From the NCBI GenBank assembly GCA_965215005.1, contig CBDCCZ010000049.1:1-64000 (forward strand): a DNA stretch of 64,000 nucleotides, in the 5' to 3' direction. A model generated the notes under the pieces. The model did not search any database, was not told the origin of the DNA, and worked only from the letters and a program-made list of their open reading frames with translations. The stretch is from Kofleriaceae bacterium. Its GTDB lineage: Bacteria; Myxococcota_A; Polyangia; Haliangiales; Haliangiaceae. Shown here in pieces: positions 37,152-49,793 of this stretch (positions are counted from its first letter, which is position 1; every line of letters begins with the position of its first letter). The position numbers and the translations under genes are program-made.

Positions 37152-37805
37152 ATGTTGAACTTCGATAGACGGCACCGCGGCGGAAGCCAAGCAAGCCTCG
37201 CGCCCAACCCCTCTAACCGCCAATCAGGATGCAATTCTAGCAGCTTGAGCACCGATGATGGGAGACCCCCAGACGCCAATCGGGGTCCTCGCCCCCAGCG
37301 ATGGCGGGCCCTGGCGGTGGTCCTCGGACAGCTCGCGCTCACGTGCGTCTTGCTCGCACCTGGCACTGCCGCGGCCGAGGAGCTGGCCTCCACCGCCAAC
37401 CTCGATGGCACCTACATCGGGCTCGGCCCGGTCGCCAGCGCACTCTGGATCGACGGCGAAGTCGATGGCGCGTTTGGCGGCGAAGCGAGCCTTCTCCGCA
37501 TTCGCGAGCACGCCGCCCTCACCGCCGTGGGCGCGTGGGTGGGCGGCTACAAGTACAGTGAGCGCAACGGTGGTCGGGTGTGGCTCGAGCTGCTCTTCGG
37601 CATCAGCACGCCGCTGGTGCCGATCGGAGTGGCGCTGGGGCCCACCATCGAGCCACGGGAGCTCGGCGCGGCTCGCGTAGGCGGTCAGCTGTCCGTGTGG
37701 CTGTTCGCGGGGGCGCTGCCATATGTGCGCGTGGCGACTTTCGATCGGGGGCCAACGGTGTTAGAAGTGGGACTTCGGGTCACACTCCCGGCGATTGAAT
37801 TGTGA
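37152..37805 (+). CDS. Hypothetical exported small beta-stranded protein; true start probably later (e.g. GTG 37317)
   Basis: Hydrophobic signal-like segment ending AAA-E, followed by Gly/aromatic-rich amphipathic strands. Confidence 0.6.
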   Translation: MLNFDRRHRGGSQASLAPNPSNRQSGCNSSSLSTDDGRPPDANRGPRPQRWRALAVVLGQLALTCVLLAPGTAAAEELASTANLDGTYIGLGPVASALWIDGEVDGAFGGEASLLRIREHAALTAVGAWVGGYKYSERNGGRVWLELLFGISTPLVPIGVALGPTIEPRELGAARVGGQLSVWLFAGALPYVRVATFDRGPTVLEVGLRVTLPAIEL

Positions 37806-37912
37806 TCTCATCCACGTCGTCGTGGTGACGGAATGGATGGGCAGCAGAAAGATCGCGATTCCGCTGTTGACAGAAATCCCGTCTGGGGATACCTCGTATT
37901 TCGCTGTTTATT

Positions 37913-37989
37913 CGGGGCGTAGCGCAGTCTGGTAGCGCGCCTGGTTCGGGACCAGGAAGCCGGAGGTTCAAATCCTCTCGCCCCGACCA
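37913..37989 (+). tRNA. tRNA-Pro (anticodon CGG)
   Basis: CGGGGCG/CGCCCCG acceptor stem, anticodon arm cctgg-ttCGGga-ccagg, GGTTCAAATCC T-arm and encoded CCA. Confidence 0.97.
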
Positions 37990-38034
37990 TTTTTTTGATG
38001 GGATAGTTTTGCGCCCGAGGCCGAGGGGAGACGG

Positions 38035-38664
38035 GTGGGTACGCCGGTTCCGTCGCGAGAGAGGGAGATCCATCAGCTCAACATCCTAGTCGTCGATGAC
38101 GACCGGGACGTCTGCGAGTACCTCCAGGACTTCTTGACGTCCGAGGGGTACATGGTGACGGTCGTCAACGACCCCACCCGCGCGCTGGAGGCGATGAAGA
38201 GCGACGAGTTCCACGTGGTGGTGCTCGACTTGATGATGCCCAAGCTTTCCGGCATCGATCTGCTCACCCAGATTCGCCAGGTCGATGACGATATCGCGGT
38301 GATCATCCTCACCGGCTATCCCAGCCTCGAAACAGCTACGTCCTCCATCGAGCACGACGTCTCGGCCTACATCCGCAAGCCGTTCACCATCAATGAGTTC
38401 CGCGACGCGATCGTTCGCATCGCGAAAAAAAAGGGACTCATTCTGCGCCGCGAGGACGAGCTGCACGCGACCATCGGGCGCAGCATTCGCGAGCTACGCA
38501 AGGCGCGCGGCCTCACTCTCAAGCAGATGTCGCGCCGCACCAAGCTGTCGGTGTCGCTGCTTTCGCAGATCGAACGTGCCGAGTCTTCGGCATCGGTGTC
38601 GTCGCTCTTCAAAGTCGCCACCGCTCTCGACGTTCGCATCACCGAGCTGTTCGGGCCGTTCTAA
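38035..38664 (+). CDS. Response regulator with XRE-family HTH output domain
   Basis: REC domain (VVDDD, LDLMMP, YIRKPF) followed by [16 protein letters not shown]...SLLSQIER. Confidence 0.92.
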   Translation: MGTPVPSREREIHQLNILVVDDDRDVCEYLQDFLTSEGYMVTVVNDPTRALEAMKSDEFHVVVLDLMMPKLSGIDLLTQIRQVDDDIAVIILTGYPSLETATSSIEHDVSAYIRKPFTINEFRDAIVRIAKKKGLILRREDELHATIGRSIRELRKARGLTLKQMSRRTKLSVSLLSQIERAESSASVSSLFKVATALDVRITELFGPF

Positions 38665-38718
38665 ACCCTTGCGCTAGTCGCGCCGCAGGTGGCCCAGCGC
38701 GCCGCGCGGCGAAGGCGC

Positions 38719-39387
38719 CTAGCGAGCCGCTTCGGCGCGGCGGCGCATTTCGGCGATTACGCTAGCGTAGTCGCTGGCGCCGAAGATGCCGCTGCCCGAG
38801 ACCACCACGTTGGCTCCCGCTGCAACTACCTGCGCGACGTTTTCGGTCTTGATCCCGCCGTCGACCTCGATGTCGATCTCGAGCCCTCGCCGATCGATCT
38901 CCGTGCGGAGCGCGGTGATCTTGGGGAGCACCGCATCGATGAACGCTTGGCCGCCAAAGCCGGGATTGACGCTCATGATGAGCACCATGCTGAGCTCATC
39001 GAGCACGTACTGAAGTCCCTCGAGCCCCGTCGCCGGATTGATGACCACGCACGGCTTCTTGCCCAACGCCGCGATCGCTTGAATGCTGCGGTGCAAGTGC
39101 GGGCTCGCTTCGACGTGCACTCCGATAACGTCGGCACCGGCCTCGGCAAACGCCTCAAGGTAGCGATCGGCGTTTTCGATCATCAAGTGCACGTCGAGCG
39201 GCTTGTCGGTCGCGGCGCGGACCGCCTTCACCACCGCAGGACCGATGGTGATGTTGGGAACGAAGTGGCCGTCCATGACGTCGACGTGAATGTAATCGGC
39301 GCCGGCCGCGGTGATTGCCGATACTTCGTCGGCGAGGCGACCAAAGTCGGCGCTGAGGATGGAGGGGGCGATGCGGATCGGTCTCAC
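38719..39387 (-). CDS. rpe: Ribulose-phosphate 3-epimerase
   Basis: [32 protein letters not shown] and EVDGG motifs. Confidence 0.98.
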   Translation of the reverse strand: MRPIRIAPSILSADFGRLADEVSAITAAGADYIHVDVMDGHFVPNITIGPAVVKAVRAATDKPLDVHLMIENADRYLEAFAEAGADVIGVHVEASPHLHRSIQAIAALGKKPCVVINPATGLEGLQYVLDELSMVLIMSVNPGFGGQAFIDAVLPKITALRTEIDRRGLEIDIEVDGGIKTENVAQVVAAGANVVVSGSGIFGASDYASVIAEMRRRAEAAR

Positions 39388-39684
39388 GCGCGCACTCTAG
39401 CCACTGCCGCGGCACGATAACAGCCGCGAACTGCGATCAAGGTATCAATCCCACCGCGCGCGCACCGCGCCGCCGCATCCTGGCGTTCGTCATGGATGAT
39501 CTCGTGGCGGTGCCATCGCCAGAAGCCTTCACCGCAAGCCGTTGCCGCCCCCCGACAGGTGAGTGGTTGCGGCAACGGGAATGCGGCCGACCGCTGTGCG
39601 TCCGACGCCCTGCTCCTAGTGGTCTCTCCAAAGCCAACGCCTTCGCCACCTATGGTGACTGTTGCTTTCGCCGTAAACCACTCG

Positions 39685-39700
39685 TGGCACACGACTGGCA
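39685..39700 (+). promoter_or_regulatory. Candidate sigma54 (-24/-12) promoter
   Basis: TGGCAC-ACGAC-TGGCA, with exact GG-N10-GC spacing, ending 13 nt before the ATG at 39714. Confidence 0.55.
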
Positions 39701-39713
39701 AACGGGCCTGTAT

Positions 39714-40379
39714 ATGAACCACCTGAGCACGTTCACGATCGCGTTCCTCATCATCCTTCCGCTCGTAGGATGCGTGGAGGAGCCGCTCGACGATCCGGAG
39801 CACTCTCCTACGAGCGAGACCGATGGCCGTGACGGCAACAGCGCCGGCGACGACACCGACAATGACGGCAACACCTCGGGCGACGCGGGCGACAGTGGCG
39901 GCAACGATTCCGACGACGATGGTGACAGTGACGTCGGCAACGGTGACTATCGCCATGGTGACGTCCTGGTTCGCGAGCTCACCCCTGCCCAGGCAGTCGA
40001 GACGTGTGAAGATGCCGCGGGGCTCCTGGCGGCCTCCCGCACTCGGGAGCGCTTCCGTTTCGAATGTCTCCTCGCGACCGAGGCCAGCGGCGAGTGTAGC
40101 CCGGAAGAGGTGGATGCCTGCGTCGAGGACGCGGTGCAGTTCTACGCCAACGCGCCGGAGCCGGTCTGTTCCCTCACGGGAGAAGGCGAGCACCTGGCGC
40201 GCTGCAATGCCACGGTGAACGAGGTCGTTGCCTGCCAGACGTCGGTTACCCTTGGAATCGCGCTGATCGGGTTCTCCGCCACCTGCGACACCATCCAGGA
40301 GCGCCTGAGCAACGCGGGCCCGTACGCGGCCTGCGAGGCATTGGCACCGGTCTGCCCGGACTGGGCCAGGATCTTCTGA
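39714..40379 (+). CDS. Cys-rich lipoprotein with Asp/Gly-rich linker
   Basis: MNHLSTFTIAFLIILPLVG-C lipobox, a D/G/N-rich stretch and many Cys in the C-terminal domain. Confidence 0.75.
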   Translation: MNHLSTFTIAFLIILPLVGCVEEPLDDPEHSPTSETDGRDGNSAGDDTDNDGNTSGDAGDSGGNDSDDDGDSDVGNGDYRHGDVLVRELTPAQAVETCEDAAGLLAASRTRERFRFECLLATEASGECSPEEVDACVEDAVQFYANAPEPVCSLTGEGEHLARCNATVNEVVACQTSVTLGIALIGFSATCDTIQERLSNAGPYAACEALAPVCPDWARIF

Positions 40380-40483
40380 TCCCACCGCCAACGATCACGA
40401 TAACGCCCGGAAGCTCGTCGTGCACGCGAGGCAGGTGCGACCGGGCATGCAGCACCTCGACATTTAAACGTTCGACAGCGTCG

Positions 40484-41750
40484 TTACGCGCGAAGTCGCG
40501 CCGCATAAAACGCATCGGCTTCGTGGCGGTGTGGCCAGAGCCGCAACTCGGCTTCGAGCTCTAGCTGCGGCGCACGCTTGCGCAGCGCCGCAATCTGCTC
40601 GGGACCTTCCTTGGCCGTGAAGGTGCAAACGCTATAGAGGAGCACGCCGCCGGGATGAATGAGACCAGCCGCCACCTCCAAGAGCTGCGCTTGCAGCGCG
40701 GCCATGCGACCAACGTCTTCATAGCTCACGCGCCACTTGGCTTCTGGATGCCGGCGCAACACCCCCAGGCCGGTGCACGGCGCGTCGAGCAGAACCACGT
40801 CGAAGCGACCAAGAGCGGTTGCGGCGGCGGGGTCAGTGAAGTCGACGAGGCGAGGCTCGAGCCCGGTCACGCCCATTCGTGCGGCGGCCGCCTGTAGCCG
40901 CGCGAGCTTGGCGGCGGAAACGTCGGCGCAAACGATGGTTGCCTCGCCAGCGAGAGCGGCGAGATGCAGCGCTTTTCCGCCTACGCCAGCGCAGGCATCG
41001 AGGATGCGCATCCCCGCCGCCGGCGCCGCCAGCTCGGCAATCATCTGCGCACCGACGTCCTGCACCGTCCAGAGCCCTTCGGCAAAGCTCGGCGCCCGAT
41101 CGGGCGAGCCGAGCCCTCGCACCAGCAGCGCCGCCGGCGCGTGCGGCGAAACGTTGATGTCGATGCCCGGATGCTCGCGTTGCAGACGCGCCGCCAGCGC
41201 ATCGCGCTCGATGCGCCGGGTATCGACGCGAATCGCCAGGCGCGGCGTCTGCGCAAACGCCGCCGTAGCGGCAGCCAGCTCCTCATTCGGCAGCGCCTGG
41301 CCAAGCTGTCCAAGAAGCCACGCCGGCATGCTGTGGAGCGCGGCGAGGTGCTTGCGCAGATTGCTGATCGGCGGCAGCGCCGGCTCGCCGGTGGTCGCAA
41401 GCCGACGCAGGAGGCCATTGACGAAGCCCGCCAGCTTCTCACCGCCAAGCTCGCGGGCTGCGGCGGCTGCGTCATCCACCGCGGCGTGGGCCGGCACGCG
41501 GTCCAGAAGCAGCAGCTGATACGCAGCCACCCGCAGCACCGTGAGCACCTTGCGACTGGTGCGGCCGCGCCCCAGCAGCGGCTCGAGCGCGCGGTCGAGC
41601 CGGCTGCGATGGCGCAAGACGCCATAGACCAGCTCGGTGGCGAGCGCGCGGTCGCGGTCGCTGAGCGAGGTCGTGGCGAGCTCCTCATCGAGCACGCTCG
41701 AAGCGAAGGCGCCTTGCGACTCGACGCGCTCGAGAACCCGTCGCGCTAGC

Positions 41751-41764
<14 letters not shown>
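40484..41764 (-). CDS. rsmB: 16S rRNA m5C967 methyltransferase RsmB (NusB domain plus MTase); TTG start inferred
   Basis: DRALATELVYGVLR, FVNGLLR, DACAGVGGK, DAPCTGLGVLRRHPE and YSVCT motifs; directly downstream of fmt. Confidence 0.93.
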
Positions 41765-42677
<913 letters not shown>

Positions 42678-42793
42678 GAACGAGCCTAACGGGAGGAAAA
42701 GGAGATGACGGAAACGATGAAGCGCAACATGAACGAAGCCATCGGCTGCCGGGGCCGGATACTAACGGGTTTCGATGGGGGTTGAAACCGCAC

Positions 42794-45211
42794 CTAGTCG
42801 CGCAAGTTGCGTCGGTACGCATCGCGCAGCGAGTCGTCGCAGAGTACTTGATAGGATTCCTCGAGGAGCTCTAGGATCTCGGCGAGCGGCTCCGCCAATT
42901 CGCTGCGCACCTCGTCGGGGAACGAGTCGCTAGCGTAGTCGCGTCGTGCGGCTTCGAACGCGCGCTTGATCTCGAAGCTGGTGGCGTCACGACGCACGCC
43001 GAGCAGCGTGAAGTAGTCGGCCTCCGCGACCAGTGCATGCTTGGCCAGCACGCGTTGGCGATCGATGGCGAGATCGCCCTCGCCTACCAACGCGGGCCGA
43101 GGGGGCTCTTGCGCGACCTCGGTATCGTCCCCGCGGCAAACGACCTCGGCCGCGCCGAGCACCAGCAATCCGTACGCGAGCTGATAGACGACGAGAATCT
43201 CAGCGCCGGCGGCGTCCGCGACCGCCTCGAGCGTACGACTGCCATCGATTCGCTCCACCACGCTGCGCTCCGGCGCGGTGAGATCGGCCGCCGCGACGAT
43301 AGTTTTGAGTCGATCGGCTTCGCCGGTAGCAACGGTGGCCGCTCGTCCACCGACGAGCTCGACGAGGGTGGCGAGCTCGTATTTACGACGCACGCCCTCG
43401 AAGAGCATCGCCGCAGGGTGCCGCGACAGCCGGATCTTTTCCGCGGCGGCGGCCTCGCCGAGTGAAATGACATAGGTGCCCTCCGTCCATGCGAACAGCG
43501 AGTAGATGATGTCTTCGATGTGGCGGCGCACCGCCGGCAAGAGCTCGCGGCGCTTGAGGAAGCCCACATCGACCAACACTTCGCCGAGGCGGCGGCCACT
43601 TTCGAGCACGAGGTCGCGACTTTGAGCGTATTGCCGCGCCGTGATCTTGCCTTCGCGAAACAGCAAATCGCCCATGCGATCGTGCGGCAGATTGGACGTC
43701 GCGAACACCGGACGTCCCTGCTCGAAGCAGATGGTCTTTTCCGCGTCGGGACGAGAAAAAGTGATGCGCGCGGTCTGCTGGGCGAGGAACATCTCCGCGA
43801 TCAACGTGGCCGCATCGTGCTCACCCCGCTGCAGCTCACCGCGGCGCAACACTCCAGCGCTGCTTCGACGTTCGTCGACGCCGGTGGTGGCGGCGCCAAC
43901 CGGCTCGGCATAGCGCTCGGGCGGGGGCGCGAGGTCATCGAAGGACGTGAGCTCTTCGTCGGCGTGGGTGCTCGCGTCGGCGAGCGCAGCGAGATCGATA
44001 TCGGTGTGATGATCATGGGCGAGGCCACCGTGCGCCAAGCGTCGTGCGTGGCCCGATTGCCCAGGAAATAGTCGCTCGGCCATCGCCGACATCTTGCGGC
44101 GCAAGGCGCGCGCGAAATCGGCGCCGTCGTCAGGCTCCTCTGCGTCCGCGGCGTAAAGCTCGGCGTCGAGGCCGGGCTCGGATGCGGCGGCAGCAGGCTC
44201 GAGGTCAACGCCCGACGTCGACGCGGTCGGCGCGTCTTTGGGCACGCTGGCTTCGTCGGCCATCGGCGACAGCACGATTGACTCTACCGGCCGCCAAGGT
44301 GGCGTCGCAGCCCGCTCTTGCTGTGGCGGCGCCGGCGCGAGACCGCCACCAGAAAGAATCATCGTCGGCTCTCGCCACGGAGGAACCGCGGCGGGCTCTT
44401 GCCAGGCTGCGTCGGTTTCGTCGGCCTCGGCAGCCAGCGCATCCGCAGATCCATCCGCAGCTCCATCAGCGAAGTCCGCCGCGTCGGTTTCGTCGGCCTC
44501 GGCAGCCAGCGCATCCGCAGACCCATCAGCGAGGTCCGCCGCGACGACCTCATCTGGCTCATCGGGGCTCGCTGTCTCGACGCGCTCGAGGTCCTGGAGC
44601 GCAGTCGGCAACGGCGAGGCCGGCGCCAACGATTGCGTGTCTAGCAAGCCGCCGCCCGGCTCTTGCGCGTCGCGTTGCGGGACGAGTGCGTGCGAGCGCC
44701 GCTGCTCTAGACTTCGCTTTGACGTCTCCCCCAGCGATGGCTGCGATCCGAGCGCGGTCATCGCGTCGCGCACAAACTCCGCCAGCGCCTCGTCCATCGC
44801 ATCATCCACCGTGCGCGCGCGGCGCGGCCGGCTCGTCGCCTCGAGCGACAGGCGCACCGCGAATGCCAGCGCTTTGGCAGACAGCGGCCGTCCCACGAAG
44901 CGATTGGCCTCGAAGTCGGTGGCATCGAGCGCGTTGCGCACCGGACCGTGCTCTTCGCCAATGAGCACCAGCTGCACCGCCGGGCGCTGCGCACGCATGG
45001 TCAGGCACAGGGACCGCGCATCCCCGTGATCGAGATTGGCGCAAACCACCACCACCGCCGGCTCGAGCGCGGCAAACGAGGTTAACGTTGCGTCGCTACC
45101 ATCCCCGACGTGCAGCTCGCAGGGCAAACGCTCGGCGAGCACCGCGCGGATCTGAGCTGCATCGTCGGGATTGCCGACAACCAGCACCGCTACCTGCGCG
45201 CCACCCGTCAT
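42794..45211 (-). CDS. Multidomain protein: pseudo-receiver, acidic linker, DUF4388-like domain and degenerate J-domain
   Basis: REC-like N-terminus without the canonical Asp residues; KTICFEQGRPVFATSN..DRMGDLL; DYFTLLGV..A...EIKRAF. Confidence 0.8.
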   Translation of the reverse strand: MTGGAQVAVLVVGNPDDAAQIRAVLAERLPCELHVGDGSDATLTSFAALEPAVVVVCANLDHGDARSLCLTMRAQRPAVQLVLIGEEHGPVRNALDATDFEANRFVGRPLSAKALAFAVRLSLEATSRPRRARTVDDAMDEALAEFVRDAMTALGSQPSLGETSKRSLEQRRSHALVPQRDAQEPGGGLLDTQSLAPASPLPTALQDLERVETASPDEPDEVVAADLADGSADALAAEADETDAADFADGAADGSADALAAEADETDAAWQEPAAVPPWREPTMILSGGGLAPAPPQQERAATPPWRPVESIVLSPMADEASVPKDAPTASTSGVDLEPAAAASEPGLDAELYAADAEEPDDGADFARALRRKMSAMAERLFPGQSGHARRLAHGGLAHDHHTDIDLAALADASTHADEELTSFDDLAPPPERYAEPVGAATTGVDERRSSAGVLRRGELQRGEHDAATLIAEMFLAQQTARITFSRPDAEKTICFEQGRPVFATSNLPHDRMGDLLFREGKITARQYAQSRDLVLESGRRLGEVLVDVGFLKRRELLPAVRRHIEDIIYSLFAWTEGTYVISLGEAAAAEKIRLSRHPAAMLFEGVRRKYELATLVELVGGRAATVATGEADRLKTIVAAADLTAPERSVVERIDGSRTLEAVADAAGAEILVVYQLAYGLLVLGAAEVVCRGDDTEVAQEPPRPALVGEGDLAIDRQRVLAKHALVAEADYFTLLGVRRDATSFEIKRAFEAARRDYASDSFPDEVRSELAEPLAEILELLEESYQVLCDDSLRDAYRRNLRD
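44409..44543. repeat. Intragenic duplication with a 41-bp identical core, copies 72 bp apart
   Basis: gcgtcggtttcgtcggcctcggcagccagcgcatccgcaga at 44409 and 44481; encodes ADGSADALAAEADETDAA twice. Confidence 0.9.
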
Positions 45212-45226
45212 CCACGCACACCTTTA

Positions 45227-47667
<2,441 letters not shown>

Positions 47668-47671
<4 letters not shown>

Positions 47672-48699
47672 GCGCCGGAGCGCGGAATGCCTGCCACCAC
47701 CAGCGCGTAGTAGTCTTGCGGCGCTGCGTACCAGCCGCGCAGCTCGAGCCCCGCCGCGGCAATCATCTGCGTCACCGAGTCACGCGTGAACTTGCGGCTG
47801 ATCTCGGTCCGCATCTCTTCGCCGGCGGCAAACACCACCTCGCGCCCCAGCGTCTCGATTCTCACCCGCTGCGCACGAAGCGCCCGCAGGTACATCTCGA
47901 TCTGCGACAGCTCGGGCCGAAACCGCGCTACGTGCTCAAAGCCGTCGACGTCGAAGTTGGCGCCGAGCTCGCGATTCATGACCAAGAGGACGTTCTTGTT
48001 GAACTCGGCGGTGATCCCGGCTGCATCATTGTAAGCAGCGTGCAGCACCGCGGGTTCTTTGACCAAATCGAGTCCCAGCAGCAACCGATCTCCCGCGGTC
48101 ATTCCCTCGCCCAGTCGACGCAAGAAGTCGATGGCGGCCGGCGGATCGAAGTTGCCCAAGGTGCCGCCGAGGAACGCGATGAGCCGACGGGGCCCCTCTG
48201 GCAACAAATGCAAATGGTGATCGTAGTCGGCGACAACGCCGTGCACTCGCAGCATTGGGTAGTCGTCGAGCAACGCCCTGCCGCTCTCGACCAAGATCTC
48301 CTCGCTGATGTCGACCGGGACATAGCGCGGATCGGCTTCGACCTCCGTGAGCGCATCGAGAATGACGCGAGTCTTGCGCGCGGCACCACTGCCGAGCTCG
48401 ATGAGCCCAGTCGGACGATGCTCGGCGACAATCGCCGGCGCATGCGCTTCGAGCAGCGCCTGCTCGGTGCGCGTCGGGTAGTACTCCTCGGTGTCGCAGA
48501 TGGCATCAAAGAGCTGCGAGCCGCGCTCGTCGTAGAAATACTTCGGCAGCAGCGTCTTTGGCACCGCGCTCAGCCCTGCGCGCACGTCCTGGGCAAGACT
48601 GCTCTGCTCCTGCCCGGTGAGGAGTCGCGTGAGCCAAAATCGGCGACCGGAGGTAGCCACGGGGGTGCGCTCGAGTCGGGGCAACGGAATCGGGGTCAT
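47668..48699 (-). CDS. egtD: L-histidine N-alpha-methyltransferase EgtD
   Basis: PKYFYDERGSQLF, EYYPTRTE, ELGSG, AYNDAAGITAEFN and TEISRKF motifs. Confidence 0.93.
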
Positions 48700-48720
48700 A
48701 CAAATCTCCGATCGACCGGT

Positions 48721-49602
48721 TCAGTGCTGTTGCGAGAGGAACTCGCGCAGCACCCCGAGAAGGGGCTCGCGCAGCTCCTGCCGTTTGAGCGCGTAAGCGA
48801 TATTGGCGCGCAGATAGCCGAGCTTGTCGCCGGCATCGTGGCGCACGCCCTCGACCCGCACCGCGTAGAGACCGGGCCCCTCGGCGAGCGCGCGCAGCGC
48901 GTCCGTGAGCTGGATCTCCCCGCCGTGCCCGGGGCGCGTCTTCTCAAGCAGTGGCCAAATGGCCGGAGGCAACACGTACCGGCCCACCACCGCGAGCCGG
49001 CTTGGCGCCGTCCCCGGCTTGGGCTTTTCTACCAGGCTCTCGATTCGAAGATGACCGGTCGAGTCCGGCTGCGCGACCGCGATGCCGTACATGTGCTCCT
49101 TGCCCGCCTCCACCTCCATCACCGCAACCGCTCCAGCGCCGGTCTCTTCGTACACATCGATGAGCTGGGCGATGCCTGGATGCGCATCGTTGTCGATGAG
49201 GTCGTCGCCAAGCAGCACCGCAAACGGCTCCTCGCCCACCACGTCACGTGCGCAGAGCACCGCATGGCCCAGTCCCAACGGCTGCTTTTGCCGGACCGAG
49301 ATCAGCCGGACCAGCTGCGAGATGCTCCGCATCGCCTCCGCCAGCTCATCCTTGCCCCGCTCGGCCAGCGTGTGCTCGAGCTCGTACGCATGATCGAAAT
49401 GATCTTCGATGGCGCTCTTGCCGCGGCCATTGATGACCACCAGGTCGGTGATCCCCGCCGCCGCCGCCTCCTCGACCACTAACTGAATCGTCGGCTTATC
49501 GACGATTGGCAGCATCTCCTTGGGAATCGACTTGGTCGCCGGCAAAAACCGCGTGCCCAGCCCTGCTGCCGGAATCACCGCCTTCCGAACCTTGCCTCGC
49601 AT
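48721..49602 (-). CDS. galU: UTP-glucose-1-phosphate uridylyltransferase
   Basis: KAVIPAAGLGTRFLPATKSIPKEMLP, LGLGHAV, VEKP and GEIQLTDA motifs. Confidence 0.97.
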   Translation of the reverse strand: MRGKVRKAVIPAAGLGTRFLPATKSIPKEMLPIVDKPTIQLVVEEAAAAGITDLVVINGRGKSAIEDHFDHAYELEHTLAERGKDELAEAMRSISQLVRLISVRQKQPLGLGHAVLCARDVVGEEPFAVLLGDDLIDNDAHPGIAQLIDVYEETGAGAVAVMEVEAGKEHMYGIAVAQPDSTGHLRIESLVEKPKPGTAPSRLAVVGRYVLPPAIWPLLEKTRPGHGGEIQLTDALRALAEGPGLYAVRVEGVRHDAGDKLGYLRANIAYALKRQELREPLLGVLREFLSQQH

Positions 49603-49662
49603 GCAGGGCAATGTAGCACCAGCGGTAGCCCGTCGCAGGAAAGCTGAACACAACAGCGACCA

Positions 49663-49740
49663 CCATGGCCTAGCGCCGCAGCTTCTCGCGCGACCCTGGA
49701 CGGGCGCGCGACTGCCATGACCTAGCGCCGCAGCTCTCGC
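49663..49740. repeat. Intergenic imperfect direct repeat (two copies of about 27 bp)
   Basis: ccatggcctagcgccgcagcttctcgc at 49663 and ccatgacctagcgccgcagctctcgc at 49715. Confidence 0.7.
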
Positions 49741-49793
49741 CCGCCCGCGACTGGGGCGAGCGAGAATCGCGTCGCGACGCCAGCGCCGTGGCT

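Noticed and set aside
37867..37895. Sigma70 promoter for the tRNA (TTGACA at 37867)
   Set aside because: The -35 is perfect, but there is no convincing -10 at 16-18 nt spacing; left uncalled.
37913..37989. tRNA-Pro as the integration site of an island carrying the cytochrome operon
   Set aside because: No integrase and no duplicate of the tRNA 3' end was seen in the window, and the operon lies on the 5' side of the tRNA.
37780..38073. Minus-strand ORFs containing [17 protein letters not shown]
   Set aside because: Translation of the antisense strand of the tRNA gene.
42705..42785. 26-aa plus-strand ORF (MTETMKRNMNEAIG...) after a GGAG
   Set aside because: Antisense inside an operon gap, with no recognisable features; cannot be supported.
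42768..42790. GTTTCAA...GAAAC sequence resembling a CRISPR repeat end
   Set aside because: Single short copy, with no spacers and no cas genes; better explained as a small hairpin.
47716..49482. 588-aa plus-strand ORF, and similar long ORFs such as 31008-32648 and 14416-15696
   Set aside because: Antisense shadows of clearly identified genes, as expected in high-GC DNA.
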